A stretch of DNA of 64,000 nucleotides, from contig NC_067400.1 of the NCBI RefSeq assembly GCF_016432865.1, positions 619,256,001 through 619,320,000 on the forward strand, read 5' to 3'. Below are positions 11,016 to 22,600 of the stretch, piece after piece (within the stretch, counting starts at the first letter, position 1; every line of letters starts with the position of its first letter). The DNA comes from Antechinus flavipes. Taxonomy: Eukaryota. The translations under genes and the position numbers were made by a program. The notes beneath the pieces were generated by a model. That model made no database searches and had not been told where the DNA came from. It was given only the letters and a program-made list of their open reading frames with translations.

Positions 11016-14000
11016 CTACAGAGTGACGAGCAGTCCCAGCCCGAGGGCCCAGAGCCAGCCGGGCCGGGGCGCGCCCCCGCTCCTGGGCCACAGGACGCTG
11101 TGGTGGTCCAAGCACTTCTCGCTCAGGGTGAAGGAGCCCACCGTCTCCATGCCGAGAAACAGCTCACAGGCGGGCACCGTGGAGCAGCCAAGCAAACCCA
11201 GCACGTAGGAGGTGCTTTCTACGGGGAGGGAGAGAGCCGTGGGTGCCGGGGGCCGGGGCCTCCAAGGCCCTGCTTCTGCCCCCAACGGGGGTCTCGGGTG
11301 TCCAGAAACTGACTTAGACGACCTCGAGGGGCCGGGACCTCCAGCCAGGAACCGAGGCCCTGGGCCAGGGGGTCTGCGGGGAGAGCCTCCTGCGGCGGGA
11401 GCTACCCGGGCCAGGGGCCTCCTGCGGTGGGAGCTACGTGGGCCAGGGGCCTCCTGGGGTGGGAGCTACCCGGGCCAGGGGCCTCCTGGTGGAGGCCCTG
11501 GAGTTTGCATTCTAGCAGCCCACCTGGTGGGAGGTGTGGGGGGGGGGCAGCCCTGCCTGCATGAACTCTTCCGGGCTCACAACGGCCTCAATGGCCGAGG
11601 GAGCGGGCCGAGCCTTTCCCAGAATCCCCCGCCTGTCGGGCGGCCCGAGCCCAGCGTTCCCTCCCACCACTCGGGCCCCACTCTGTCCAGCCAGCGGCCC
11701 AGAGGGCACCAGAGGTCAGAGGCAGCGCCGGGGCTCCAAGGCCCGTCCTTGCCCCCCATGCCCCACATGACCACGGAACCAGGGGCCCGGCTCCAGAGGA
11801 CGCCTCTGCCCTCCCGTGGGACGGGGACCGCTCCCCGCTGCGGCCCGGCCGCACTCACCTCCCTTGATGCTAATGGTTCCGTTGTAACAGCGGAGCGCCT
11901 TCTCGCCGCACGGCCGGAAGCGGACCTTGGTGGGGCAGGAGTACAGGGCCAAGCAGGTCGGGCACCGCAAGGCCTGCTCGGGGTTTCCGATGGCTGGAGG
12001 AAGGGAAGGGGCGTGGCTGCGGCCGTGGGCCCTGGGGGAGGAGTGCCGGGGAGAGGGGGCCTGGGGTCCCCGGGGGCCCCTCTCTGTGGGCAGCCTCTGC
12101 CCAGCGGCCTCTCATCCAACCTCTCGCTGCGGCCCCCCCAGCACTGTAGCGGGCCCGCCGCCTCGAGGACGTGGGCCTTCTGCCTGCCCCGGGACACTGA
12201 CCGGCCCCCCGGAGCACCGGCCCCCTCCCTTCCCGCACTGCCAGGGAGAGCCCGGCTGCCCATCAGGTACCCGGGCCCTGGCCGCGGACCGCCCATCCCC
12301 CGCCCGGCGTCCTGCACTTCCCGGGGGGCCTCCTGCTCCCACCGCCGCCACCCTGGGCTGCGGGTGGGCCCCGGCTCTGCCCTGGCTGAGAAGCTGGGAC
12401 GCAGCCCCCACTGCCCGAGCCCGGCTCCTGGGACCCCCGGGGAGGCCACGTCGGTTGTGACGAGTTCTCTGGGGAAGCTGAGCGACCCACGGGGTGACCA
12501 GCTGGGGATCCGGCCAAGGAGCCCCCACGACCCTGGGCCCAAGCCCGGACACCCGCCGGAGGCTGGTCTGGGAGGCAGTCGGGGGCCTGGGCGTGGCTGA
12601 GGGCTCTGCCCCGGCCTGTGGAGACCAAGGGGGAGTTCCCTCGTGGATCCTGATCCCCCATCTCCAAAAACCAGCTGGAAAGCAACACTCCACAAAGGGA
12701 AATGTCTGGGGGCCTCTGGCCAATGCACCGAGGGAAGGCCAGGGGGAAGGCCAGGGGGAGGGAGGAAGGGAGGGGGGAAGGGAGGGAAGGCCGGGGGGCC
12801 ACATTCCCAGGAATGAGCATAAAAGAAGCATCGGGAGGGGTGGTCTCGGGGTCCCTCCCTATCAGCAGCACTACATGGGGGGGCTCTAAGGGGCGGGGGC
12901 AGAAGAGGAGCTCCGGAGAGCCGGGGGGAGTCAGGCACTCTGAGAGGTCAGCAGACGAGGTCACGGGGATCCCGAGAAACGCCGTGGGGAGGGAGGCCAT
13001 GAGACAGTGAGGGAGGCCCCGGAATACAATAAAAAGGGGGCAGGGGCTGAGAGGCAGATCCGAGAGAATGGGAGGGGGAGAAGTTAGGAGGAGCGTTAGG
13101 CAAAGGGAAGGTCGGGGCGCTCTGGCCACCGAGGGGCAGGGGGCGCGGAGAGCGGGCTGCGAGCCCCGGCCCCGGGCTACCTAGGTGGGCCTTGGGTCTC
13201 AGCACCGGGGCCGTGCTGCTCGAGTTGTTACAGTAGTTGACATTGCAGAAGCGGACGTAGGAAGTGACAATAATTCCTGGTGGGCCCAAGTGTTCCGTGA
13301 CCCCCGACAGCCGGTTCCCTGCTGGAGTGCAGCCTTTACTGCCCATGATCAGTGACTGGGGCCCTAGGAGAGGAGCAGGAGATTGGCAGAGGCTGGAACC
13401 CCCCGGGGGCGGAGGGGCCCGAGCCTCAGGTCAGGTAGAAGGGAGCACAGAAGCCTCGGGACTTCGGCCCCCACCCCCTCCTCTCCCCGCTGCGGGCCTC
13501 AGCCCCTTTTTACATGTTGGCACGAGCCAGACAGATACCCCAGGGAAGGCAAGGACCCGAGCAGGAGGGAGGGGAGGGAAGGGAGGGAAGAGAGGGAGGG
13601 AGGGAAGGGAGGGTCCTCGCTGCCTTCCCCTGGCTTTTAACAGTGGCCAGAAAGGAAACTGAGGAATTGAGCGCGCTCTCTCGTCCAAGAAATTCTTGGG
13701 GGGGGGGGCAGAGTCCTTGACATCCTGGATTAAACGGGACTTCTTTCCCCTGAGTCAGAGCGTCCGGGACGATGGGCTGAGGCGGCCGGGACATGGGGGC
13801 GCTTTGGGCGCTCCTGGCTGGGGAAGTGGGGGCCCCGAGCTCTGCGCCCCGAGAACCGTCGGCCAGCTCTGCCGGGAAGCGGCGCCTCAGTAAGCAGGGT
13901 CCCGGCGGAGGAGGGCGCAGAGCGGCTCGGTGACCACGGCCGGCCGGAGACAGGGGGCACCCTGGCAGGGCCCGGACGCTCAGCTACTCCCACATCTCCG

Positions 14001-15625
14001 GGGCCTCCTCACACGGGGCCGTTACCCATGTAGCCCCTTTTCCAGCTTTTGCGCCATGCAATAGCCTGTGGGAGCCCGTGCATCCCAGGGCACAGGGCAG
14101 GGCCTTTAATTGTCGCCTTTTCTGGGGCATTTGAGACGCCATCTTTGGATCTGACCCAGTGGCTCACCCCTAACTGCGCTACGAGTTTTAGCGGCGCTGA
14201 CCCGCAGAGGACTCTTAGAGTTTTCCTGAGAGCGGCACATGTCGGGGATGACCCCGGAGGGCATATATGGAAGAGAAGACTGGGGTTCAGAGAGGGCAGG
14301 TGAATCATAAATCACGGGTTATAAAAATGGGGAACACTCTGGCAATCCTATAATAACCCCCCTTAATGTTCTAGACAAGTACGCGGGCTGAGGAGTTCTC
14401 TAAAGCAGCCGGATTCAAAGCCACTGTCCCCTCCTCCCCCCGCCCCACTCCGGCTGCCCTCAGTTACCTGTCTCCAGCATCAGCAGGGTCTCCTGACACA
14501 CCTCCCAGTTCTCACAGCGCCGGGAGTGCCGCAGGCTGGAGCTCCAGAGCTCGGGCTCCGAGTTCAGCTTCCGCCCCAGGTACAGCATCTCCGTGTGGTA
14601 ACAGGTGATGGGGGGCAGCAGTGGGAAGATGGGGTGCATGGGGCGGCTCCCTGCAAAGGGAGGGAGGGGCCCGTCAGCCCCTGACCTCCCGCACGGAGCC
14701 GGACTCCCGCCCCCGGGACTCCCGCACGGACCCAGGCTCCCCCGCACGGACCCGGGCTCCCACCCCCGGGACTCCCGCATGGACCCAGACTCCCGTCCCT
14801 GACCCTCCCGCACGGCCCCAGGCTCCCCCGCACGGACCCGGACTCCCGCCCTGAGGACTCCCGCACGGACCCGGGCTCCCGCCCCGGGGACTCCCCGGAG
14901 ACTCCCGCACGGACCCGGGCTCCCACCCCTGACCCTCCCACACAGACCCGACCCCGGGGACTCCCGCACGGACCCGGGCTCCCACCCCTGACCCTCCCAC
15001 ACAGACCCGACCCCGGGGACTCCCGCACGGACCCGGGCTCCCGCCCCCGGGACTCCCGCACGGACCCGGGCTCCCGCCCCCGGGACTCCCGCACGGACCC
15101 GGGCTCCCGCCCCTGGGACTCCCGCACGGACCCGGGCTCCAATCCCCGGGACTCCCGCACGGACCCGGGCTCCCACCCCTGGGACTCCCGCACGGACCCG
15201 GGCTCCAATCCCCGGGACTCCCGCACGGACCCGGGCTCCCACCCCTGACCCTCCCGCACGGACCCGGGTTCCCGCCCCTGACCCTCCCGCACGGACCGGG
15301 CTCCCGCCCCCGGGACTCCCGCACGGACCCGGGCTCCCGCCCCCGGGACTCCCGCACGGACCGGGCTCCCGCCCCGGGGACTCCCGCACGGACCGGGCTC
15401 CCGCCCCGGGGACTCCCGCACGGATCGGGCTCCCGCCCCGGGGACCCCCGCACGGACCGGGCTCCCGCCCCTGACCCTCCCGCACGGACCGGGCTCCCGC
15501 CCCCGGGACTCCCGCACGGACCCGGGCTCCCGCCCCCGGGACTCCCGCACGGACACACACACACCAGTCTGGGCGAGGGAGGCTCCCACGAGTCCGAGCA
15601 GCAGCGGGAAGGCTGGACAGCCCAT
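11016..15625 (-). CDS. Additional TEX101/CD177/LYPD4-family GPI-anchored Ly6/uPAR protein with two LU domains, 254 aa, 5 coding exons
   Basis: Exons 15625-15565 (MGCPAFPLLLGLVGASLAQT, Kozak gcgccATGG), 14650-14468, 13363-13181, 11993-11859, 11218-11016. All introns are GT-AG phase 1 and the exons total 765 nt. Motifs ITCY..CENWEVCQETLLMLETG, MGSKGC..VTEH..PPGIIVTSYVRFCNVNYCNN and LRCPTCL..CYNG..KGG..GC..C..EKC, with GPI tail WLWALGLGLLVTL. AATAAA on the minus strand at 10834-10839. Confidence 0.88.
11385..11490. repeat. ~32-bp minisatellite, about 3 copies
   Basis: gggagctacccgggccaggggcctcctg repeated. Confidence 0.85.
14690..15555. repeat. GC-rich ~31-bp minisatellite filling intron 1 of the Ly6/uPAR paralog
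   Basis: ggactcccgcacggacccgggctcccgcccc(c)g and variants, more than 25 copies. Confidence 0.95.
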
Positions 15626-16404
15626 GGCGCGGGGTCTGCGGTCGTCCCTGGCCCCTGGGACCCAAGAAGAGAGCGGGGCAATGAAGGGCCCCTTGCTAGG
15701 ACGCTACTGTCCGCTCCTCCCCCAGACCCCGCTCCGGGGTCTTCTCCACCGTCAGACCCCGAGTCCTCCCCGCGTCAGGTCCCTCCCATCATCGCTCCCA
15801 CCCAAGGACTCCCCGGGTCACTCCCGCCTAAAGCTCGGATTTCTAAAGCTCCGTGCCCCCCACCCCGTCCCAGCGAGAGGAGCCTCCAAGGGGGCGCTCA
15901 GACAGAGAAACCTCCACTCCCAACCCTCCCCCACACCCGAGCCCCACAATCCCTGCTTCCTTCCCTCCCAATCAACGAGCATTTATGTGCCCCGGCCACG
16001 ACCCCCCACAGTCTCCCTCTCTCCAACACAGAAAGCTCCGTCCCTCAAACTCTAAGCCCCTCCCCTCCCCACAAGCCCCGCCTCATCCTAAAACGAGCCC
16101 CGCCCCCACCCTCCCCATAACCCAAGCCTCGCCCATCCAATCCTACGTCCCTCCCCTAGTCCACAAGCCCTGTCCTTCCCCTCCCCCACAGCACAAGTCC
16201 CGCCTCTTTCCCTCTCCCACATCAGGGCCCACCCCCAAAGGCCCATGCCCTTCTCGGGCCTCGCCTCTCCCTCCCCGCCCCCTCAATCAAGCCCCTCCTC
16301 CCTCCCTCCAACGGCCCCTCCCTCGAGCCTGTAGACAGGGGGCGGGGCCAGTCTGCCCCGTTCCCCCCCTTCCCCTAATGTGGGGAGGTTAGGGGGAGAA
16401 GAGT

Positions 16405-16690
16405 CCTTGCCCCATTGGTCAGCCAGCCTTTACATCCCTCACCATCCCCATCCCATCCCCCACCACGTTCCATTGGCTAAAGTCTTGCAAAAGGGTGGGT
16501 TCCTATTGGCTATTTTAAGGGAGGGACGAGATGTTCTTCGGCATTGGTGGAGAGATTGGCTCCTGGAAGGGGCTTCTCTCCCATTGGCCGGTGGGGGGCG
16601 CGTGATCGACATTGTTCCCACGTGCGCCAGGTCCTGTGCCTTCCCTTCTTCGCACCTTCTCCTCCAACCTATGCAGCACCAATAGGAGAG
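16405..16690 (-). promoter_or_regulatory. CCAAT-box cluster, probable promoter of the minus-strand Ly6/uPAR paralog
   Basis: Six ATTGG (CCAAT on the minus strand) at 16414, 16472, 16505, 16543, 16555 and 16583, plus one CCAAT at 16679. The acceptor at 15655-15656 shows that the ATG exon is preceded by a 5' UTR intron. Confidence 0.6.
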
Positions 16691-17439
16691 TCCCTTACAA
16701 AAATGGACAAGAAACGTCCAAGCAGAGCAGACCCTGCAAAGTTGAGAGGGGGACAAAACAAGGAAGCTGTAGTTTAGCTCCCGTATTTTCTGCTTCCCCA
16801 TCTCTTTCTGTGGTATCTCCCCAAATGCCGGGGAGGTTCAGAGAGTGGGCGATACCACGACGGAGAGATGGGGGGAGACATCTGCCTCACGCCGAAGTCT
16901 CAGGTGTTACTAAGGGGATTCGAATGCCGCCCCTCCCACCCAGCCCCCTTTCCATGTGTCCTGGGGGCCATGACGGGGCAGCTGGCTTGTCAGAAGCTCT
17001 GCCAAGTTTCCTATCTTCTCCGTAGGGTGGCTGAGAGGGAGAGGTGGAGTGCTGTTAGCAACCCCATTGTGCAGAGGAGCAAACTGAGGTTTCCCAAAGT
17101 CCCGCTGCCGTTAAAGGCCAGAGGCAGCATCTCGTCCCCAGTGTGCCCTGGTCGCACGCCCTGCCCACTACACCATCCTGCCTGTCTGCCTCAGGAAAGG
17201 CCACAGGGACCTCCCGTTCTAAAGGTGTATTTCGGATGCCAGGGTTCTGGTATTAACCTCTCATTTTATCCTCACAACAAGAATAGCAGGTGCCGTTATG
17301 ATTCCCGTTTTGTGGCTCTTGTTCCGCAGGGCCAGACCCTTCCTGGCCCCATCTGCCGCTTCCTTGGCCCAGGGGAGTGGCTTGCTGGTTTTCTTCTTCA
17401 GCTCATTTTACAGATGAGGGAAACTGAGGCTCCCGTAGA

Positions 17440-18245
17440 GTCAATCATTTTTTCCAGCCCTAACCTCTCTCTGATTTCCAGTCTCCCCTCTCCAACTACT
17501 GGTCACACAGGTCATACTGAATGTCTTGTAAACTCCTAAACTCTCCACATCCCAAATTGACCTTTTCCTCCCCGAAGCGCCTTTCTCCCTAACTTCCTTG
17601 TTACTTCCGAGGGCACGGCTATCTTCCGGTTACCTTAGGTATCCTCCTCCAATCCTTCCTTTCTCTCCTTGCCGGCCCCCACCGCTCCCTCCCATTACAT
17701 CTGCTCCATCTCTCCTGCTTAACTTCTCCCTCCCTCCTCCTCCTTTGCTCTGACACTGACCTCAGCCAGGTGAAGACCTGGCACCTGGATTACTTAATCA
17801 CCAACCAGGGCTGTGCTGTCCCAGCTCCCCCTTTCTGCTGTCCATGAGGGCTTCCTAAAGTGCCCTCTGACCCTCCTCTCTGACCTTTCCAGTTCTCCCA
17901 CGCTCCCTCACCCCCACCCTTCCCAACACCCAATGATTCACCAGCTGCTCCTTGAACAAAAATAGGCCGTTCTCTCCTCCCTCGTGTGGCCTCTTGGCTA
18001 AAATCTCCCCCACTCGGAGCCTTGCCTGGTCCCTCTCCCCAGCACCGATGTCTGCCTCTTGAGACCATCCGATTTATCCTGCATGAATCTTGTTTATATG
18101 CGACGGCTCCCATGTTGTCTCCTGTTAAACCAGGGGTTTCCTTGGAAGTAGGAACCATTTTTTTTTTGCTTTTCTCTTTATCTCCAGGGCCCAGTTCATA
18201 CCTGACACATAGTGTGCGCTTTAAAAGGTACTTGAATGACAATAC
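17440..18245 (+). mobile_element. LINE-2 fragment with 3' end
   Basis: Pyrimidine-rich L2 body ending in cctgacacatagtgtgcgct...tgaatga. Confidence 0.65.
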
Positions 18246-18883
18246 AGAAATAATGTTTTGAATGACGTACAACTTAAAACTATCAAAGTTCTTGCTTTTC
18301 AAGGAGGAGGACGGGGACAGAGGGTGGGAGAGAACTGGGAACTCAAAATTGTTTTGGGAAAAGGTTTAAAAGGATTTTTACATGTAATTGGATTTTTTTT
18401 AAATTTAAGTGCTTGGGGACTTCCAACCACTAATGAAACTCAAGTCCCTAGCCTTCCATTTCGTAGCATTTCCCAATCTTTTTCCCCCTCTGCCACCTGC
18501 TACTCCCACTACTTTCCCCTCTCCCTACTACGCTTTCTCTTCTCCCCAGTATCTACAGTATCTACATTTTCCCTAATGGAAAACTGTAACTACAGCCGAG
18601 GCTTTGACCCGGGGCTGACACGGGGAGCGTCTTCACGGGGCCCTGACGGGAGAAGCAGGTTGGTTCTCGAGCGGGAACAGGCCTGGACATATCTGCTAGA
18701 AGCTTGATGATGGGGATGAGTGACTCATGGAAACAGAGCCCACACCGCTGGAAAGGTGGAAAGGAGCCCTGGAAGCTTCCTCCTCCGGGCTGAAGGTCTG
18801 CTTCTCCGAAGGGCTTTCTGCCTGGGGGGAGGAGGCATTTCAGGAGTCCTGGGCACCCCAAGCCCAGAAAGATGGGCAATGGG

Positions 18884-19025
18884 CCCCCCAACCTGGCAGC
18901 ACACCCTCCAAACCTGGCAGGGCACTCCCAAACCTGGCAGCATGCCCCCAAACCTGGCAGTGCACCCCAAAACCTGGTAGCGCACCCCCAAACTTGGCAG
19001 TGCACCCCAAAACCTGGCAGGGCCT
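18884..19025. repeat. ~21-bp minisatellite, about 7 copies
   Basis: ccccaaacctggcagtgcac repeated. Confidence 0.9.
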
Positions 19026-19652
19026 CCAGTTGCTATCCACAGAGGAGAGGGGGAGACAAGGACTCCAGGAGCCAGTCCAGAGAGTGGGAATGTCTCTAAA
19101 GGAGGCTGGCTAGGCTAGGGAGCCATTCCCATCCGCTCAATGAATCTGGGTCAGGTGACAGAGGCTGCGGCCCACTGCTGTCACAAGGGCTTCTCCTCCT
19201 GGTGGAACCTCCCCCCTTAGGGGGGAGCGCCGCCAGTGGAAGGGCCAGGCTCCCGGTGCTCCCGTTGGTGGGGTGCTGGGAGCCGCCCTTAGGGGGGAGC
19301 TGCCCCACGTTGCTCCGGTCGCTGTGGCCGACGGCCCCAATTCTGCCTCCCTCCCCGCTGACCCCCGAAGTAGCCGCCTCCCTGTGACCCTCCCCCGCCA
19401 CTGACGTCACGCTCCAAACCCTCCCTCACCGCGACCGGGCGAGTTCTCCGAGCTCTAGGAATAAACAACTCGGGCGAGCACTTAAATACACGGTGGTTTT
19501 ATTTTTTAGGCCGTGAGACCTGCTCGACCTGGCGGGGCGGGACGAGGAGAGGCTGGCTTGGGGTGGGACCGGCCCAGCCCGGGGAAGAGAAGGGAGTCTG
19601 TGTTCCGGGAAGGGTGTCCCAGGGCCACGAGGAGGGAGGAGGGGCGGGGGGA

Positions 19653-22600
19653 TCACGGGAGAGCGCTGGCGGCCAGGGCCGCCAGGAGCGCCGCCAGCGG
19701 CAGGGCCAGGGTCCCGGGGCTCCCGTTGGTGGGGTGCTGGGAGCCGCCCTTAGGGGGCAGCTGCCCCACGTTGCTCCGGTCGCTGTGGCCGACGGCCCCC
19801 CTGCCGGCCCCTCCCTCCTCGCGCAGAGTCTCCACGGGGGTCTCGGAGCGAGAGGCCGGCTCGGTGGCGGGGGCCTGGAGGGTGGTGGATGGGGGCCGGC
19901 GGGTGGAGGGGGCCGGGGTCGCGGTGGAAGCGGGGGTGGGTGCCGAGGGCTTGGTGGCCGTGGAATTGGGGCGGGCGGTCGTGGGCGGGGGCAGCACCAC
20001 GAGGGGAGGGATGCCGGGAGCGAAGTAGGTCTTGTTGCGGAGGTCGGCGTTGCAGCGCGAGCCTTCGCAGCAGGAGCCGCTGAGGGAGAAGCCGGGGCCC
20101 GTCAGCCCGTCTCTGGTGCAGCTCTCGTCCTGGACGCAGCCTCGGACCGGCAAGGACACGGTCACGTTGGCTGCGGGAAACCAAGCGGGGCGGGACAGTG
20201 GTTAGAGCCCCGGGGGGGGGGGGGGGGGAGTGGGTCAGGGAGGGGGAAGCCCCCGACCCTCTGGGGCCTCAGTTTCCAAATCTGTAAAAAGATCCCACGA
20301 TTTGGGGGTTTTCAAGGCAAGGTTACTGAGCGATTCGCCAAATCCTTCTCCCCAAGGGACTGTAGTCCCCCGGGAGGGGGAAGGGAAGGCTGAGGGGGCT
20401 GGGACGCCATTTCCCCCACGGAGTGGGAGGGGGTTCTTCGCCGAGGGGGAAAGGAGGCGAGGGAATCTCGGGAGCATCTGCAGGCCTTCTCTGCCCCCAC
20501 CCCACACTGTTGCCCCTCTCTCTCTCCTCCGGGGTACATGCTGAGCGTGTCTCCCCCTCCCCCCACCTCCGGAAGTCTCCTGAGGGCAGGAACCATTTCT
20601 CTGTTTGCCTGAGGCTGGGGTGGGGGGTGCCCTCGGGCCCTGCTTCCCAGAAGGCTCTGGGAAGAGGGGCGGTGCCCCCTCCCCCACCCCTCCCCTCCCC
20701 CCTCACCTGCGGTCAGGGTGACATTCCCGTCAAAGCAGCCCTTGTGCAGCCGGTCCCCCGCGTTGTAGCACTGGGCCAGGGGGGGCTTGGAGCCCGCGCA
20801 CGCCTCCCGGCTCAGCCCCACGCAGCTGTAGCACTCCACTCCGTTGGGCTCGTGGGCACTCTCGTTCCCTGCGTGGGCGGCGGAAGGGGGCCGTGGGTCA
20901 GATGTTCCGCGGGCTACACTGAGTCTCGGCGCCCCCCCCCCCTTTTCTCAGTCTCGGGCCCAGGCCCCTGCGGAATCCAGTCCCACACCCGGCCGTGGGC
21001 TTCGCCAGCCTTTGCCGGAAGCCCCCCAAGAGGGGAAACCGAGGCAGGCCTGACTGGGCAGCCTGCCTTCCCGGCCCGGTTCCTAGCTCTGGGTTAGGGC
21101 CTAGTCAGGAAACCTCATCTTTGGGAGTTCAAATCCGGCCTCTGACACTTAACCCTTCTTAGCTGGGTGACCCTGGGCAAGTCACTTAACCCCCACGGCC
21201 TCAGCAAAAAAAAAGTCATCTTAATATTTTTTGATGAAGCATTTTGCAAAATTTAAAAATGCTACATGAATGTGAACTAATATTAAGTTTTATTTTCTAC
21301 TTGTTTCTCAATTGGGACAAAATGGGTGGGAGGGATTAATTAAAATGTATTAATTAAATTATTATGCAAATCAACAATTAAGCCAATTAATTGTTGTTAA
21401 TTAACACTTATTTTTACTATTTTATGTGTATTGTGTAGCATGTGTATAGATAGCTGTATAGAACAAAGCTAAGGAAATAAAGTTTATTTTTACAAAGACG
21501 ATCTCCGGATGTACTTACATACATAGCCAAAGCAAGGACTGTTTTTAAAATAAAAATAAAAAGTGTCATCTTATTGGGGCTGCCCCAATGTCCCATCATG
21601 CTACAGTCTTTGGGAATCCGGACAGTTACCCGGAGAATCACTGCTAACCCCGAGCCATTTGTCGGGAGGTACTAACTCTCTTTGTTAAATAGCCCAGCTC
21701 CGAGCCCGGTCCCTGGGGCTCCTCTAGAGCCTCCCGGGGGAGACCAGCCCTTACTGGCAGCTCCTCGAGCCCGTGTCACCCATTCCGCATCCACCCGGCT
21801 GCGCCACTGCCCGGCGCGAGGGCATCCTCCGTTTGGCCAGGGATCCCTCCGTCGCCCGCTTGGCAAAAACGCCCAGCGGCGCTCCCGGCCCTGACCACGG
21901 CGACCCGGCCGAAATGGAGCTGAGTGCAGCGCCCTGAGAAAGGGGGGCTCGGCGTTGCCTCCTGGGAGTCACCCAGCCAATCTCTCCATTTCACGGAGGG
22001 GGAAACTAAGGCCGGGCAGGGCTGGCCCTGGACTGGAGAGCAGCGGGCTCGGAATTTGGACCCTCTGGTTTCCGCCCGGAGAAGGGCCCTGCCCCTCCCT
22101 GGACGCCCGGCCCCGCTCACCGCTGGGGTTCAGGCGGTGCGAGGTCAGGTTGAGCTGGTCGTTACACAGGTCCTTGTCGCACTGCTGCAGCTGGTGGAAG
22201 GCCAGGATCCCGTGCAGGTCCAGCCCCCGGTCGTTCTTTCCCGAGAGTCCCGATCCACAGCCGCGGATGGCCAGCGAGAACTGCCCGTGAACTGGAGGGG
22301 AGAACCGGGCCGCGGGATGAGAAGGGGAGGGCCGGACCAGGGAGGAGTTAAGGAGGACCGGGAGAGGGAGGACTTGGGGACTCAGACAGAGGGAGGACTC
22401 AGAGGGAGACTCCAGAGGGGGAGGACTCAGACAGAGGGAGAGCTCAGAGGGAGACTCCAGAGGGGGAGGACTCAGACAGAGGGAGAGCTCAGAGGGAGAC
22501 TCCAGATGGGGAGGACTCGGGGACTCAGACAGAGGGAGGACTCAGAGGGAGACTCCAGAGGGGGAGGACTCGGGGACTCAGACAGAGGGAGGACTCAGAG

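Noticed and set aside
11212-12938. 462-aa (+) and 453-aa (-) ORFs
   Set aside because: They are low-complexity Gly/Pro/Arg translations of roughly 75% GC intronic DNA, overlapping a real exon in another frame, with no recognisable domain.
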